NCBI GenBank assembly: GCA_964016885.1
Contig: OZ024747.1
Coordinates: forward strand, 75,702,001-75,766,000
DNA: 64,000 nucleotides
Reading direction: 5' to 3'
DNA from: Eledone cirrhosa
Taxonomy: Eukaryota
Made by a program: the position numbers and the translations under genes. Position 1 is the first letter of the stretch. Each line of letters starts with the position of its first letter. The notes below the pieces were generated by a model. The model saw only the letters and a program-made list of their open reading frames with translations. It had not been told where the DNA came from and did not search any database. Shown here one piece after another: positions 27,759 to 41,109 of this stretch.

Positions 27759-28607
27759 CGTAGTGTCTAGCAACCATCGCTGCTCGTTTGTTCAACACTG
27801 ACAAAGGAACGCTGTACTAGTTTCAAGCTTATTAGCTATCGTCAGCAACGTATACCTTCCTGCCAGATTGTTGAACGTATATACTTACCTTATGCATATT
27901 AACGGCTGAGTAGCCCAATTTGCATATCGAGTGGGTTAATCGGCCGGGTGCACCGAAAACTTAATACGGGATGTTTGTTTACAAACACACCGAGCATTAT
28001 AATAAATGTTCGGTGAATCCATACGTACATATATATATATGTGTGCGTGTATGTATATATATATATACATACTACTGTACGTCTGTATACATATATGTAT
28101 GTACGTGTACATGCTTATATTTAAGTAACAGCCGTACTAAGAGTGGGAAATGAAATTTCGTTTCATTTTTTCCGTTTATCGTTTTCGGTGCACCCGGCCG
28201 TTTAACCCACTCGATATGCAAATTGGGCTACTCAGCCGTTAATATGCATAAGGTAAGTATATACGTTCAACAATCTGGCAGGAAGGTATACGTTGCTGAC
28301 GATAGCTAATAAGCTTGAAACTAGTACAGCGTTTCTTTGTCAGTGTTGAACAAACGAGCAAGGATGGTTGCTGGACACTACGGCTTAATACGGGATATTT
28401 GTTTACAAACACACCGAGCATTATAATAAATGTTCGGTGAATCCATACGTACATATATATGTGTGTGCGTGTATGTATATATATATATATATATGCATGC
28501 TACTGTACGTCTGTATACATATATGTATGTACGTGTACATACTTATATTTAAGTAACAGCCGTACTAAGAGTGAGAAATGAAATTTCGTTTCATTTTTTC
28601 CGTTTAT
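27759..28607. mobile_element. Family H element with A'-B-A-B arrangement and two canonical HHRs
   Basis: A' (27759-27960) is the reverse complement of A (28181-28381). B (27961-28179) is repeated at 28385-28607. Ends in (TA)n. Confidence 0.85.
28290..28332 (+). ncRNA. Canonical minimal hammerhead ribozyme (antisense twin at 27809-27851)
   Basis: ACGTTG-CTGACGA-TAGCT AATA AGCTT-GAAAC-TA-GTA-CAGCGT; palindromic stem III ACTAGT. Confidence 0.9.
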
Positions 28608-28636
28608 ACATATATATATATATATACCTACACACA

Positions 28637-28755
<119 letters not shown>

Positions 28756-29159
28756 ATACTCTTATTCCATGTTTCCACTTCCGTCGTGTCATTCACCCAG
28801 TAAATCCTTTTATTTCTTTTTTGTCTATCTTCCCATCTCACCCTCTTCTTTTCTTTCTCAATTTCACTATATATATGTCTTTATAGATTTTTCTACAACT
28901 CCTAGTCTGCCGTCTCCCCCTCTCTCACTAACCTTCGCACCCACTGACGATCTCTGTTGGTGAAGTATGTCATACGAGCAAACGATAAACAAATTATATA
29001 TTCTGTACAATATTCTCCTTCCTGTTGTTTTTCTACCTTGTTATTGATTCTGTTTTTTTTTTTCCTTTCTTCACATGCTACTGTCAAACAACCTCCTATA
29101 CACATGCATGCACACTATATATTCATACGCACTCATGTACACACACCTATATATATGTG

Positions 29160-29330
<171 letters not shown>

Positions 29331-29362
29331 TATATATACATATATATATATATATACACACA

Positions 29363-29490
<128 letters not shown>

Positions 29491-29550
29491 CATATATATA
29501 TAAAGAAAGATATATATATGTATATAATATATATATATATATATACATAT

Positions 29551-29598
<48 letters not shown>

Positions 29599-30674
29599 GG
29601 GGAGAGAGATAGAGAGAGGGGAAGAGAGAGAGAGATTGAACTGATGTGTTTGAAGACAAAGTTTCCTCACACTGAACATTTTGTTTATAAGTAGTGGTAG
29701 ATAAAATATTACTTTCCTTCTAGGCTTATAGCACTGTTTAATGGCAGCGACACATTTGGTAAAAAATATATTCAGGCACAATAACAGTAGTACACACAAT
29801 GCTGGAAGCCGTGACTGAACATTTCTTGGTTCAGATATCAATTCAGTTTAGAAATATTGTAAACATCTAACTTCAGTATACATAGGAGAAAGTAGGACAT
29901 ATCTTCTTAGTAAGAGCCTATTATACATTTTTAGAGACGAGATAAATCCTTTAGTAACCATCAACAAAACTTGCTCACTCAAAATTTCTTCCTTGTATAC
30001 CGTAAAGTTATTATATAGCAGCATGTAAATATATAGCAGCACGTAGAAACAGTTTTCATAAATATAAAATCTCCCGCTCACTCCAGCATACAGTTACACA
30101 ATGCAAATACAAGTTAACTTTATGACAGCAATCTCAATACAGGTCAAACTCGCACAACATTCACCCAATGGCCAACAACGAAATACCCTCTATTCTGTAA
30201 CTCGAACTACTACAATCTCAAATTTCCTTTCAATCATAGCCTAAATTCTTAACATAAATGTCATCTCTTTGTATCAATTTGTGGGGTCAGGTAAATCTAT
30301 TACTTCGACCCCAGTACGTGATATATTATATTTTATCGGCTACGGAAAGACAGAAGCCGAAGTTGACCTCGGCAGAATTTAAACTCATAATATAATGGAT
30401 CGCAACTAAATGCTGCAAAACATCTTGTCTGGTGCTCCAATGATTCTGCCAATCTACCATCTTTATCTCACTCATAAAAAATTGTTTCTAATTTTGGCCC
30501 AAGACCAGAACATTTGGCGAAAGGGAAAGTCGATTATATTGAATCCAGTACTTTATTCGAAGCTAAATGAGTTTTTTGTTTTTTTTTAATTTTTCATAAT
30601 GAATCTGATGATTCATTATGAAATGTGCAGAGTGTGTATTTTTTCAAGAAATATGATGTGATTATTACTCTGTA

Positions 30675-30860
30675 GTGGATTGGCAGTATCGGTAGAGGGT
30701 CGGACGCCATGCTTTGACGCATAGAGTTACGGCCCTTTCCATTCTGAGTTCAAATCCCGCCGAGGTTAACTTTGCCTTTCATCCTTACGGGGTCGATAAA
30801 ATAAAGTACCAGTAATACACTGGGATATTTGCTGGCCTTGTGTCAAAAGTAGAAACAATT
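30675..30860 (+). mobile_element. Meta-core SINE with TSD
   Basis: ATTATTACTCTGT at 30661-30673 and 30858-30870. Confidence 0.88.
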
Positions 30861-31539
30861 ATTACTCTGTTTTTCACCAGTGATCAATAGCTAGATTTAA
30901 GGCACATTATACTAAAAAAAACCTTTAGCATAGCCAATTAAAGTTACAAATGCAGCAAATATTTCTCATCAAGTATTAAAAAAAAAAAAGTGAATTGAAT
31001 TACAGAAGCAATTGAAAATATTCTGGAGCCATATGAAGAAGGAACAGTCAGCTGTATAAGAGCAGCCTATTAAAATCTTTTGTCGAAGATATTGATGAAA
31101 TTGTTAGCATCGAAAGAGACCTTGGCTTCAAGGTTGTTGTTTCGGGAAATTTCCATTTATTATTGACTTCATATACAAAAGCTTGAAATAGAGCACCAGC
31201 GGCCATCTGAATAAGAAGGACAAAAAAGTAAAGAAAGGGAAAATGCTTTAAAGAAAATAATGGCTTCTGATTTAGGCAGAAGGCGAACAACGTTTGGATG
31301 AGAGGAAAGTTGATTAAATCGATCACGGTTCGTTACTCTTACTTTATGTTGTATGTATTTACTCATCCTTGAGCGATGTAAGCATATGGATATTACTAGA
31401 TTGAGTTCGTAGATAACTTTGGTTTTTTCTGAATGTATCTACTTTTAAGTTAAAACAATTGACGTTCTTAACCACACACACACGTGTATATGTATATAAA
31501 GAGAGAGAGAGACTACTATTCAAGTCTAACAGAAAACAG

Positions 31540-31960
31540 TACAAGCTTTACCACACACTCCACATCAAATCATCAAATTTAGCTACAGTATTCGATACAA
31601 TCACGCGAATACATCTTCCATAATTCTTTGGAATCCACAAGGACTCTACAGCAAACCGAATCGATATTCCAATTAGCGATACTAAATATTAAAAAAGAAC
31701 CAAAATATATGATAAAATACAGCAAAAATTGATGACTTGAAGACATGAAAATTGGATCAGTCTGCACTAGTGTCCCATTGAGGTGTTGCTGACTCATGAG
31801 CGACGGTCCCTAAATTTCGTGAAGGACTAAGGAACAAATGTCATTATGAATATGAAAACTTGGTACATGGCGAAACATCTCGTACGATTTATCAAATAAT
31901 ACTCGAACAGTCAACAACTTTGTTAAAAAATTAGTTACCAATCAACGACAAATATGGAAC
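31540..31960 (+). pseudogene. Possible decayed LINE RT remnant
   Basis: VFDTITR followed by an SVPLRCC (GVPQG-like) remnant; many stops. Confidence 0.3.
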
Positions 31961-32049
31961 CAATCAATCGGAAACTTATAATAAATTGAAATGAAAACCA
32001 ACAGGTGCGTGTGTTTTTATTGGCACCATGCCCCTCCCAAAGTATAACA

Positions 32050-32236
<187 letters not shown>

Positions 32237-33124
32237 GTATGTAAATATAAATATCATAACGGGTTTACATATACCAATTAAACTACAATTTCAACGAAAC
32301 CATCAACCGCATAGTGTGAACAATTATGCTCTGTCGGAGGAATAAAATTTGTGAGATGAAGGAAATAAATAGAAATACTGTGAGGAAATTAAGATTCTAT
32401 GGCTTAATATGGAGGACATTTTTTTTTCTTTTTACCATTACACATTTGACGTTTGACGAATAATTTGGTCTGAAAGCCTTTGGGGGGAAATCGTTTAAAA
32501 TTAGATTCTGAAGCAGATTATTGATTTCTATCAGTCAGCTGAAAATAATTTAACAAATAAATAAATTAAAGGAAAAAAAACTATCAGGTTTAGTCGAAAA
32601 TATAATCATTAATGTTAAAATATATAACAAGCTGTTAACCAAATCGAAATTATATGCAACGGAAATTGTAGACAATTGACAAGTGGTGTATCAGATTACT
32701 GTCCTGTGGGGTTAATTTTGAAAGAGCGAGAGAGAGAGAAAGCGAGATAGAGAATGAGAGAAAATCAAGGAAGAGAGAGGGAGAGAGAAAATCAAGGAAG
32801 AGAGAGGGAGAGAGAAAGAGAGAGAAGGGAGAGAAGAACGATGGAAAATAAAGAAAGAGGGAGCAGTGAGAAAGCGGAGATGGAAAGAGAGAGAGGAAAG
32901 GAGAGGAAATCTCCCTCCTCTTCCATACATCGTCTCGGTTGACCTGTTTACATAACGCCATAAATTTCAATATTACTCTAACACCTCTATTTCAAGAGAA
33001 ACGATATATTTGTTCAGGTAGTCCTAAATAGAATATATTGGAAAAATTGGTTGGCCATTAGTATTTCAATCTAATTATTTTATACTCTGCCTTATGTCAA
33101 TTTATGCCACTACATATACATGTA

Positions 33125-33197
<73 letters not shown>

Positions 33198-33202
<5 letters not shown>

Positions 33203-33928
33203 CGTGACTGCATCAGCCAACCAAACTTCACTCGTATATGAAGAACAACCTGCCATATTCACTAAACCAGAACAATTCCCGCCATCCCATTTCTCTTGAC
33301 CATTATCTTTTGTTTGTCATAAAATTCTCTGAAAGGCTACAAAATAAATTCCCAAATACGGGCGCGAAATTTAATGAACTTGTTCACGTGACAGTCATAA
33401 TTTCATTTATAGCCAATCAAATTACTTGTATTAAAAAAAAAGCCTTCGTGAGCCACTCTTTTTTAAATAAAAAGAAATTCAAACAAACTGGCGCGAAAGA
33501 TAATGTGCTTATTCACGTGACTGCATCAACCAACCAAACTTCACTCATATATGAAAAAACAACCTGAACACCCCCCTTTGTTTGAAGAACTTTGTGACGC
33601 GAACTGGCGCGAAATTTATTATACTTATTCACCAACCAATCAAATTACTCCTCTAAAAACCTGGCGTTTCGAGCCACTTTTTTCCATATAAAACAAGTAA
33701 CATTCAAAGACCAACTAGATGTGAGAAAAACCACAGACCCTCCATCTCAACTCTACTTTTGAAAAGCAAAAGAACCGCGAAACCAGTAAAGGAAAAAAAT
33801 AAATATATATATTTTCTTAAAAAACAAGACTCCAGTTGCATTTTCGATTTCATTTTTTTTTCTTTATACTTTCACTCGTGTAGGACACCTCGGTTATTTT
33901 TCATTTTGTAAAAAAACCTCACTTTCTA

Positions 33929-33930
<2 letters not shown>
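33198..33930. promoter_or_regulatory. Repeated block of E2F-type, E-box and CCAAT motifs, probably inside an interspersed repeat
   Basis: GGCGCGAAA at 33361, 33490 and 33606; CACGTGAC at 33201, 33385 and 33514; (A/G)CCAATCA at ~33411 and ~33635. The segment 33860-33930 recurs inverted at 60455-60535. Confidence 0.45.
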
Positions 33931-33998
<68 letters not shown>

Positions 33999-34016
33999 TT
34001 ATTTCAGGACTACAAC

Positions 34017-34200
34017 GGTGGATTGGCAGTATCGGTAGAGGGTCGGACGCCATGCTTTCCACCATAGTTACGTCCCTTTACGATCTGAGTTCAAATCCCG
34101 CCGAGGTTGACTTTGCCTTTCATCCTTACGGAGTCGATAAAATAAAGTACCAGTAATGCACTGGGTAATTGCTGGCCTTGTGCCTAAAGTAGAAACAATT
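34017..34200 (+). mobile_element. Meta-core SINE with 16-bp TSD, inserted in a family F element
   Basis: ATTTCAGGACTACAAC at 34001-34016 and 34201-34216. Confidence 0.9.
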
Positions 34201-34285
34201 ATTTCAGGACTACAACTGTTTCATTCGTATGAAATCGTAAGGGCATTCCTGAGGATTTCATACGAATGAAACAGTTGTAGTCATA
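34201..34285. mobile_element. Second family F palindrome, interrupted by SINEs
   Basis: CTGAGGA at 34249-34255, GAAAC at 34268-34272; same GG(A/G)CATTCC centre. Confidence 0.65.
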
Positions 34286-34290
34286 TTAAA

Positions 34291-34379
34291 TAATTATTTC
34301 TACTGTTGGCACAAGGCCAGCAATTATTCCAGTGTATTACTGGTACTTTATTTTATCGACCCTGTAAGGATGAAAGGCT
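34291..34379 (-). mobile_element. Meta-core SINE 3' fragment (another minus copy at ~34710-34853)
   Basis: Core and tail, in reverse complement. Confidence 0.75.
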
Positions 34380-35799
34380 AAATAATGTTGTTTGTGTACT
34401 CTACTAATTCATTGAGTACATTATTTACTGTAGTTACCCCCTGAGTAACGCAGATTGGTGCTTGAGGGTGGTATATATGTATATAAGTATCCTTTATATC
34501 TTATAGGAAAATATATAGTTAAGATCTATTTTAGAGAAGCCAGTACAGACTAAGTTAAAAATAAATGAATGAAAACTTCATATTTTGAGAAAATGTTGTG
34601 GCAAGATAGACCCCTTTGTACAGATATTTCGGGACGGCGTTGAGGTGACAAACGAAGACTGATATGGGTACAATGTCCTTATAACTTAATATAATTCACG
34701 TCTAATTATTATTGATTTCTGATTTAGACACAAGGCCAACAATTTGGGGGAGGAGAAAATTGATTAAATCGACCCAAGTGCGTTACTTGTACGTTATTTA
34801 ATCGGCTGCGTAAAGAAGAAAGGAAACGTTAACCTAGGTGGGATTTGAACTCACTGTTAATATATAATATTCCTGTTTCCCATGGTTGTGTCATGATTGT
34901 GATCTCATCTACAACCACACACAGATCAAATTGTTGTAATTCACCTTTTTAAATATAGAAAGGGTTCTATTTTCTCTCCTTTGTTTAATTTAACTTCTTT
35001 TGAGAATTAAAGTGGTATTGAAAGACATAAATACTTTTCAATGAAGATCTTTTAACGAAATATAGTATACGTTAGCAGTTATTGACGAAGGAAATTAAAT
35101 TCGAATTTTGCCGAAACTTCACTTAATATTTCTATTTCATATACGTCAAATCTCCATATGTCTATACATATTTCCAAAGGCATATCTATGTATTTCTCTT
35201 ACCCGCAATCTCTTTCTTTGTATTTTAATCATATAGCTACTTGTGGTTATATCAGATATCAACCGAGTGGGAAATATCTCAGGCGGCGATTTGACAGTCG
35301 ATAGAAAGTCGAAGACTATGTCATGATGTTTCCGTCAGTCTGTACTCCATATTGAAAACCCAAGCGGTCACCTATGTCTTCTATCCTTCAAACGTTGAGA
35401 AATGACTAGCCAAATAATGGAATCGATTCTTCTTTCTTTTTCACTCTTTTATCTCACACATTATTTCAAAGGTGGCAAGAGCTGAAAAACTCCCACCTGA
35501 AGGATATCCCCCTTGTTTTATTCTATGAACATTTTATCACACACACACCACACACATACACTCACACACACAACTGTTGTGGAGCTACTTCTATATATAT
35601 ATATATATATATACAATACAAAGAAATACACAGACACATGCGAATACATACATATACATGCATATACCCACATATATCCCTGAATTTGTGTGGTGCCAAC
35701 CTTAACCGTTGTTGCTCTATGAATAATAGGGACAAAATAATCTGAATGGATTAGATTGATTCAATATCAGAGCTATATAATACATTATAAAGAAAGAAG

Positions 35800-36345
35800 A
35801 AACATTAGATATAAATAAAAAGATATACCATACCTAAATTCCTTCATTATCCTCGACTACGTAGTTTCGTGGCTATTATGCAAAAACATTACATCACAGA
35901 GATGCAGTATTTTTGTGAGGTTTGCCGACTTATCAAGAGGATACCCCATTTAGTGTTTCAAAACACGTCCGTAGGACGCGAGATAGAATCCCGAAAGGCG
36001 GAGGGGGAACTTATTACGTGATACAGCGGTCAAGAAGCAGAGCTAAGCCTCTTACAACCAAGAGAAAAATACCACAAAAGGCGGAGGTGGTATTTATGTC
36101 AAGGCTGTAGAAGAGTTGGCTAGGAGGGCGAGGAGTGTGATTAGTGTAAGCTTAATAGCCTTCCTAGACAACTCTTCTACGGCCTTGACATAAATACCCC
36201 TTCCGCCTTTTGTGGTATTTTTCTCTTGGTTGTAAGAGGCTTAGCTCTGCTTCTTGACCGCTGTATCACGTGATAAGTTCCCCCTCCGCCTTTCGGGATT
36301 CTATCTCGCGTCCTACGGACGTGTTGTGAAACTCTAAATGAGGTA
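35800..36345. mobile_element. Family K: palindrome 35948-36341 with a degenerate HHR (minus 35848-35943) in the long arm
   Basis: Minus strand TATCCTC-TTGATAA-GTCGGC...GCCAC-GAAAC-TACGTA-GTC-GAGGATA; arms of ~175 bp. The outer boundary of the long arm is approximate. Confidence 0.7.
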
Positions 36346-36582
36346 TATATATGTGTATGTATGTGTATAAGTGTGTGTATGTGTGTGTGCGTGCGTGTTG
36401 ATAGCATCCCTGATATCTTATACTTGATAAACTTTTAGAATCAGACTCCGCTAATATGGAACTTTCTAGAACAACAAAGGATATAACAGAATTAATTTAC
36501 AACTAAAATGATTTTACATCAGGCTGTAAATGATTTAGCATTTACAACTAGATTTGCGTAGTTCTCTCCAATTTTAATTATA

Positions 36583-36666
<84 letters not shown>

Positions 36667-36875
36667 CCTGTTAATATGTATATATATTTATTTATATATA
36701 CATATTGGTGTTTGTATATAAATCAATATATGTATGTATTTATTTATATATAGACACAAACACTCATTCGTATAGGCATGCATACACATATATATATGTA
36801 CATATATATATATATGGATATAAATATATATTTACATATATATATATTTACATATATATATATATATAAATATAC

Positions 36876-36957
<82 letters not shown>

Positions 36958-36959
<2 letters not shown>

Positions 36960-37133
36960 CGAAGGAAATGTGGTAAGGAACCAGGTGGACCATAACGCAC
37001 CAAAGTACTCAATACTTGAGGTAGTAGAGTGGGTAATAGGAACCAGTAAGACCCCGACAGCTGAGCTCAAGCCGTTTCGACGGCTAAGCCGTCGAAACGG
37101 CTTGAGCTCAGCTGTCGGGGTCTTACTGGTTCC

Positions 37134-37134
<1 letters not shown>
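36958..37134. mobile_element. Family A fold-back element
   Basis: Centre GACGGCTAAGCCGTC with perfect arms; lies inside a long (TA)n. Confidence 0.82.
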
Positions 37135-37565
<431 letters not shown>

Positions 37566-37794
37566 GTCAATGATTAGTCTTATTAAATTCACTTGATTTC
37601 GCAGTTGGTCGATACCTTTGGCTGTTGCTGCTACTGCTGCTGTTACTGTTGCTGCTATTGTTGCTGCTACTGCTGCTGCCATTAATATTGCTGCTACTGT
37701 AGATGTAGTTGTTACTATTGTTGCACTTACTGCTTCTGTTGCTAACAATGAACTTAACAATACTATTGATACCATCATCAACATTACCACCTAC

Positions 37795-38160
<366 letters not shown>

Positions 38161-38262
38161 TACCAGTAATGCACTGGGTAATTGCTGGCCTTGTGCCTAT
38201 AGTAGAAACAATTATTACAACAGTATGACCCTCCCCAAGTAGAACAATATATATATATATAT

Positions 38263-38749
38263 ATATCAACTAGAAATTGGTTGACATATATATATATATC
38301 TAAAATAAACATATGAAACAATCAAAGGGAATAATTTGTAAAAGTGTGTAAGCACACATAGCTAGGTAGGTAACTAATTAAAGTTTAACTAGAACTTTAA
38401 AAATAGATACCTTATAAATTGATTAATCTTCCTTGTATATATTTCTTTAAATATATATTTCACCATCAACCGATCGATTGATGGTGAAATATATACAAGG
38501 AAGATTAATCAATTTTTAAAGTTCTAGTTAAACTTTAATTAGTTACCTACCTAGCTATGTGTGCTTACACAGTTTTACAAATTATTCCCTTTGATTGTTT
38601 CATATGTTTATTTTATATATATATATATGTGTGTCAATCAATTTCTAGTTGATATAAAATGCTCGGACCTATTCATTGGAATCTTGGTGCATATTCTACA
38701 GTGGATATGGCGCATGTCCCTCAGACATTACACCCTTAATTTAATTTTG

Positions 38750-38750
<1 letters not shown>
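38263..38750. mobile_element. Family L palindrome (38263-38655) plus tail, turning in an HHR stem II-like hairpin
   Basis: Centre CACCATCAA CCGATCGA TTGATGGTG followed by AAATATATA-CAAGG (GAAAT-AT-ATA); (TA)n flanks. Confidence 0.7.
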
Positions 38751-38780
<30 letters not shown>

Positions 38781-38898
38781 CTCTTTGCTGTCTCCTTGAT
38801 CTATCTATCTATATATATATATATATATATATATAGATAGATAGATAGATAGATCAAGGAGACAACAGAGGTACAAAAAGTCATATAAAAGGAAAGAA

Positions 38899-38937
38899 AG
38901 TTCGACGTGTCGGGCTTAAGTCCTTCTTCAGGAGTAC
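38899..38937 (-). ncRNA. Degenerate minimal HHR
   Basis: CTC-CTGAAGA-AGGACTTAAGCCC-GACAC-GTC-GAA, with GAAAC changed to GACAC. Confidence 0.5.
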
Positions 38938-38969
38938 AAATAGAGACAGGATCACAATGGAGAAACAGA

Positions 38970-39088
38970 AATAATTGTTTTACGTTTGGCACAAGGCCAG
39001 CAATTATCCCAGTACATAACTGGTACTTTATTTTATCGACCCCGTAAGGATGAAAGGCAAAGTTAACCTCGGCGGGATTTGAACTCAG
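38970..39088 (-). mobile_element. Meta-core SINE, truncated
   Basis: Core and B box, in reverse complement. Confidence 0.82.
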
Positions 39089-39209
39089 AAGAGAAATAAT
39101 GTCCAGTAAAGACACACAAAAAACACAATAAAAAAAGCGAAAATGGAAACGGAATGGAAAACAAGAAAGCCGTCAGGTAGTCATGGCAACGAGCTGGAAC
39201 GCAAAGTGG

Positions 39210-39558
39210 AGTGTGTGTATGTGTATGTAATAATATCATTATATATATGTGTGTGTGTGTGTGTGTGTAATAGTATCGTTATATGTGTTTGTGTGTGTGT
39301 ATATGTGTGTGTAATAGTATCATTATATGTGTGTGTGTAATAGTATAATTATGTGTGTGTGTGTGTGTGTGTAATAGTATCCTTATATGTGTGTGTGTAA
39401 TAGTATCATTATATATATGTGTGTGTGTGTAATAGTATCATTATATATATGTGTGTGGGTGTGTAATAGTATCATTATATGCGCGCGTGTGTGTGTGTGT
39501 GTAATAGTATCATTATGTGTGTGTGTGTGTATGCGTGTGTGTATTAGTATAGTTATAT

Positions 39559-39590
<32 letters not shown>

Positions 39591-39720
39591 ATTAGTATAG
39601 TTATGTGAGAGTGTGTGTGTGTATGTGTGTGTATTAGTATCATTATATGTGTGAGTGTGTGTGTATTAGTATAGTTATATGTGTGTGTGTGTGTGTATTA
39701 GTATATTTATATGTGTGTAA
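39210..39720. repeat. Compound minisatellite GTAATAGTATCATTATAT(GT)n
   Basis: About 15 units with variable GT length. Confidence 0.85.
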
Positions 39721-40003
39721 AGTAACAAATATAGTAAGTGTATGTGTATGTGTTAATGATAGTGGACATGTATGTGTGAGTGATTGTAAGTTTGAATGTC
39801 TGTACTGTATATATGCGTTGAAGTAATGTGTGTGTGTGTATAAAATATCAGTAGTGTAGTGTATGTCTGTGAGAAGAGTGGATTAGTATGTGTGAGTGTA
39901 TGATAAAGGATAACGTGTATATGTATGTTGAAGTTTATAATGTGTACGTGTAAAGTCTCTAACTGTGATATGTATGTAAGTGTGTATGTATTAACAAGTA
40001 TGT

Positions 40004-40310
40004 GTCAGGTTTGCGGTTTTACCCCTGGCAGTGGAGACTTCTGGAGACTTAGGGCTACCTACCTACTCACCACCATAGGTGTGAGCCCCGCGAGTTGGAG
40101 TGGCTTTTCCAGCGCGTCTCCCTTGCCGTCCTCCGAGGAAACGCCTTCTCCATTCTGACCGCCGGGGCTGTGTGTGTGATGGGAATCGCGTATCATTTCA
40201 TATTTAATTATGGTCAGTATGTGTATGTTTATGTTTTGGATATTTATTTATACTTATATATACAAGCCATATCGAGCCTCTTTTGCATTTATAATCACTA
40301 TTGTAAATAT
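40004..40310 (+). mobile_element. 3' fragment of a CRE-like (restriction-like endonuclease) non-LTR retrotransposon
   Basis: GC-rich island that, with frameshifts, encodes FTP-LAVETSGDLG and EWLFQRVSLAVLRGNAFSIL, matching the C-terminal F.P.A.ET.G..G and QR.S.A.QRGNA motifs. Confidence 0.75.
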
Positions 40311-40315
40311 ATATA

Positions 40316-40498
40316 GGGCGGTGGATTGGCAGTATCGGTAGAGGGTCGGACGCCATGCTTTGACGCATAGAGTTACGGCCCTTGCCATTCTGAGTTCAAA
40401 GGTTAACTTTGCCTTTCATCCTTATGGGGTCGATAAAATAAAGAACCAGTAATACACTGGGTTATTGCTGGTCTTGTGCCTAAAGTAGAAACAATTAT
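40316..40498 (+). mobile_element. Meta-core SINE, full length with a small deletion
   Basis: A and B boxes, core, tail. Confidence 0.85.
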
Positions 40499-41109
40499 AA
40501 ATATATATATATAGAGGATAAAGTGCGTAGTTTAGTGAGATAGAGAGTATATGACAGAGATGATTAAAGGAAGATGGCGCATTAAGGGGAGGGGGAAGAA
40601 AGGTAAATACATACATACATGTATTACATATACACATACATAAGGATACATAAATTATACATATATATAAATAAGTACATACATATATAGATAAACACAT
40701 AAATATACATATGCATACATATTTGTATACATGCAGAGCATTTTAGTAATCCTCTAGTCATGTTCTATTTCAACTGTTCAACAGGATTTTCAATACAGCA
40801 AGCAAACAACAGCAAATAAATCCAAAATTCACCATTATGGATTTCACAAACAACAATAAACAAACATATGTTTGTCAACAAAAGAACATCCATTAACAAA
40901 CAAACATTTCTATGTATCTCTCTGCCCACCACAAATAATTATTATTAAAGGAATAAATAGTGTTATCTCTGATCGAGGCGAAGCGAGAGTATATTTGAAT
41001 TCATAGAAAAATGAGAAAACTCATCGCTAGAACAGCCGTGAAAATAGCCAAAAGCTGTGTGTGCCCCCCCCCCCCCCCCAAAAAAAAAAGTAAGAAAAAA
41101 AACTCATGT

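Noticed and set aside
30590-30635. Small palindrome with CTGATGA..GAAAT (also CTGACGA at ~17273 and ~28944, CTGAAGA at ~1925)
   Set aside because: Stem I or the NUH triplet cannot be formed convincingly; these may be old HHR relics but are not supportable.
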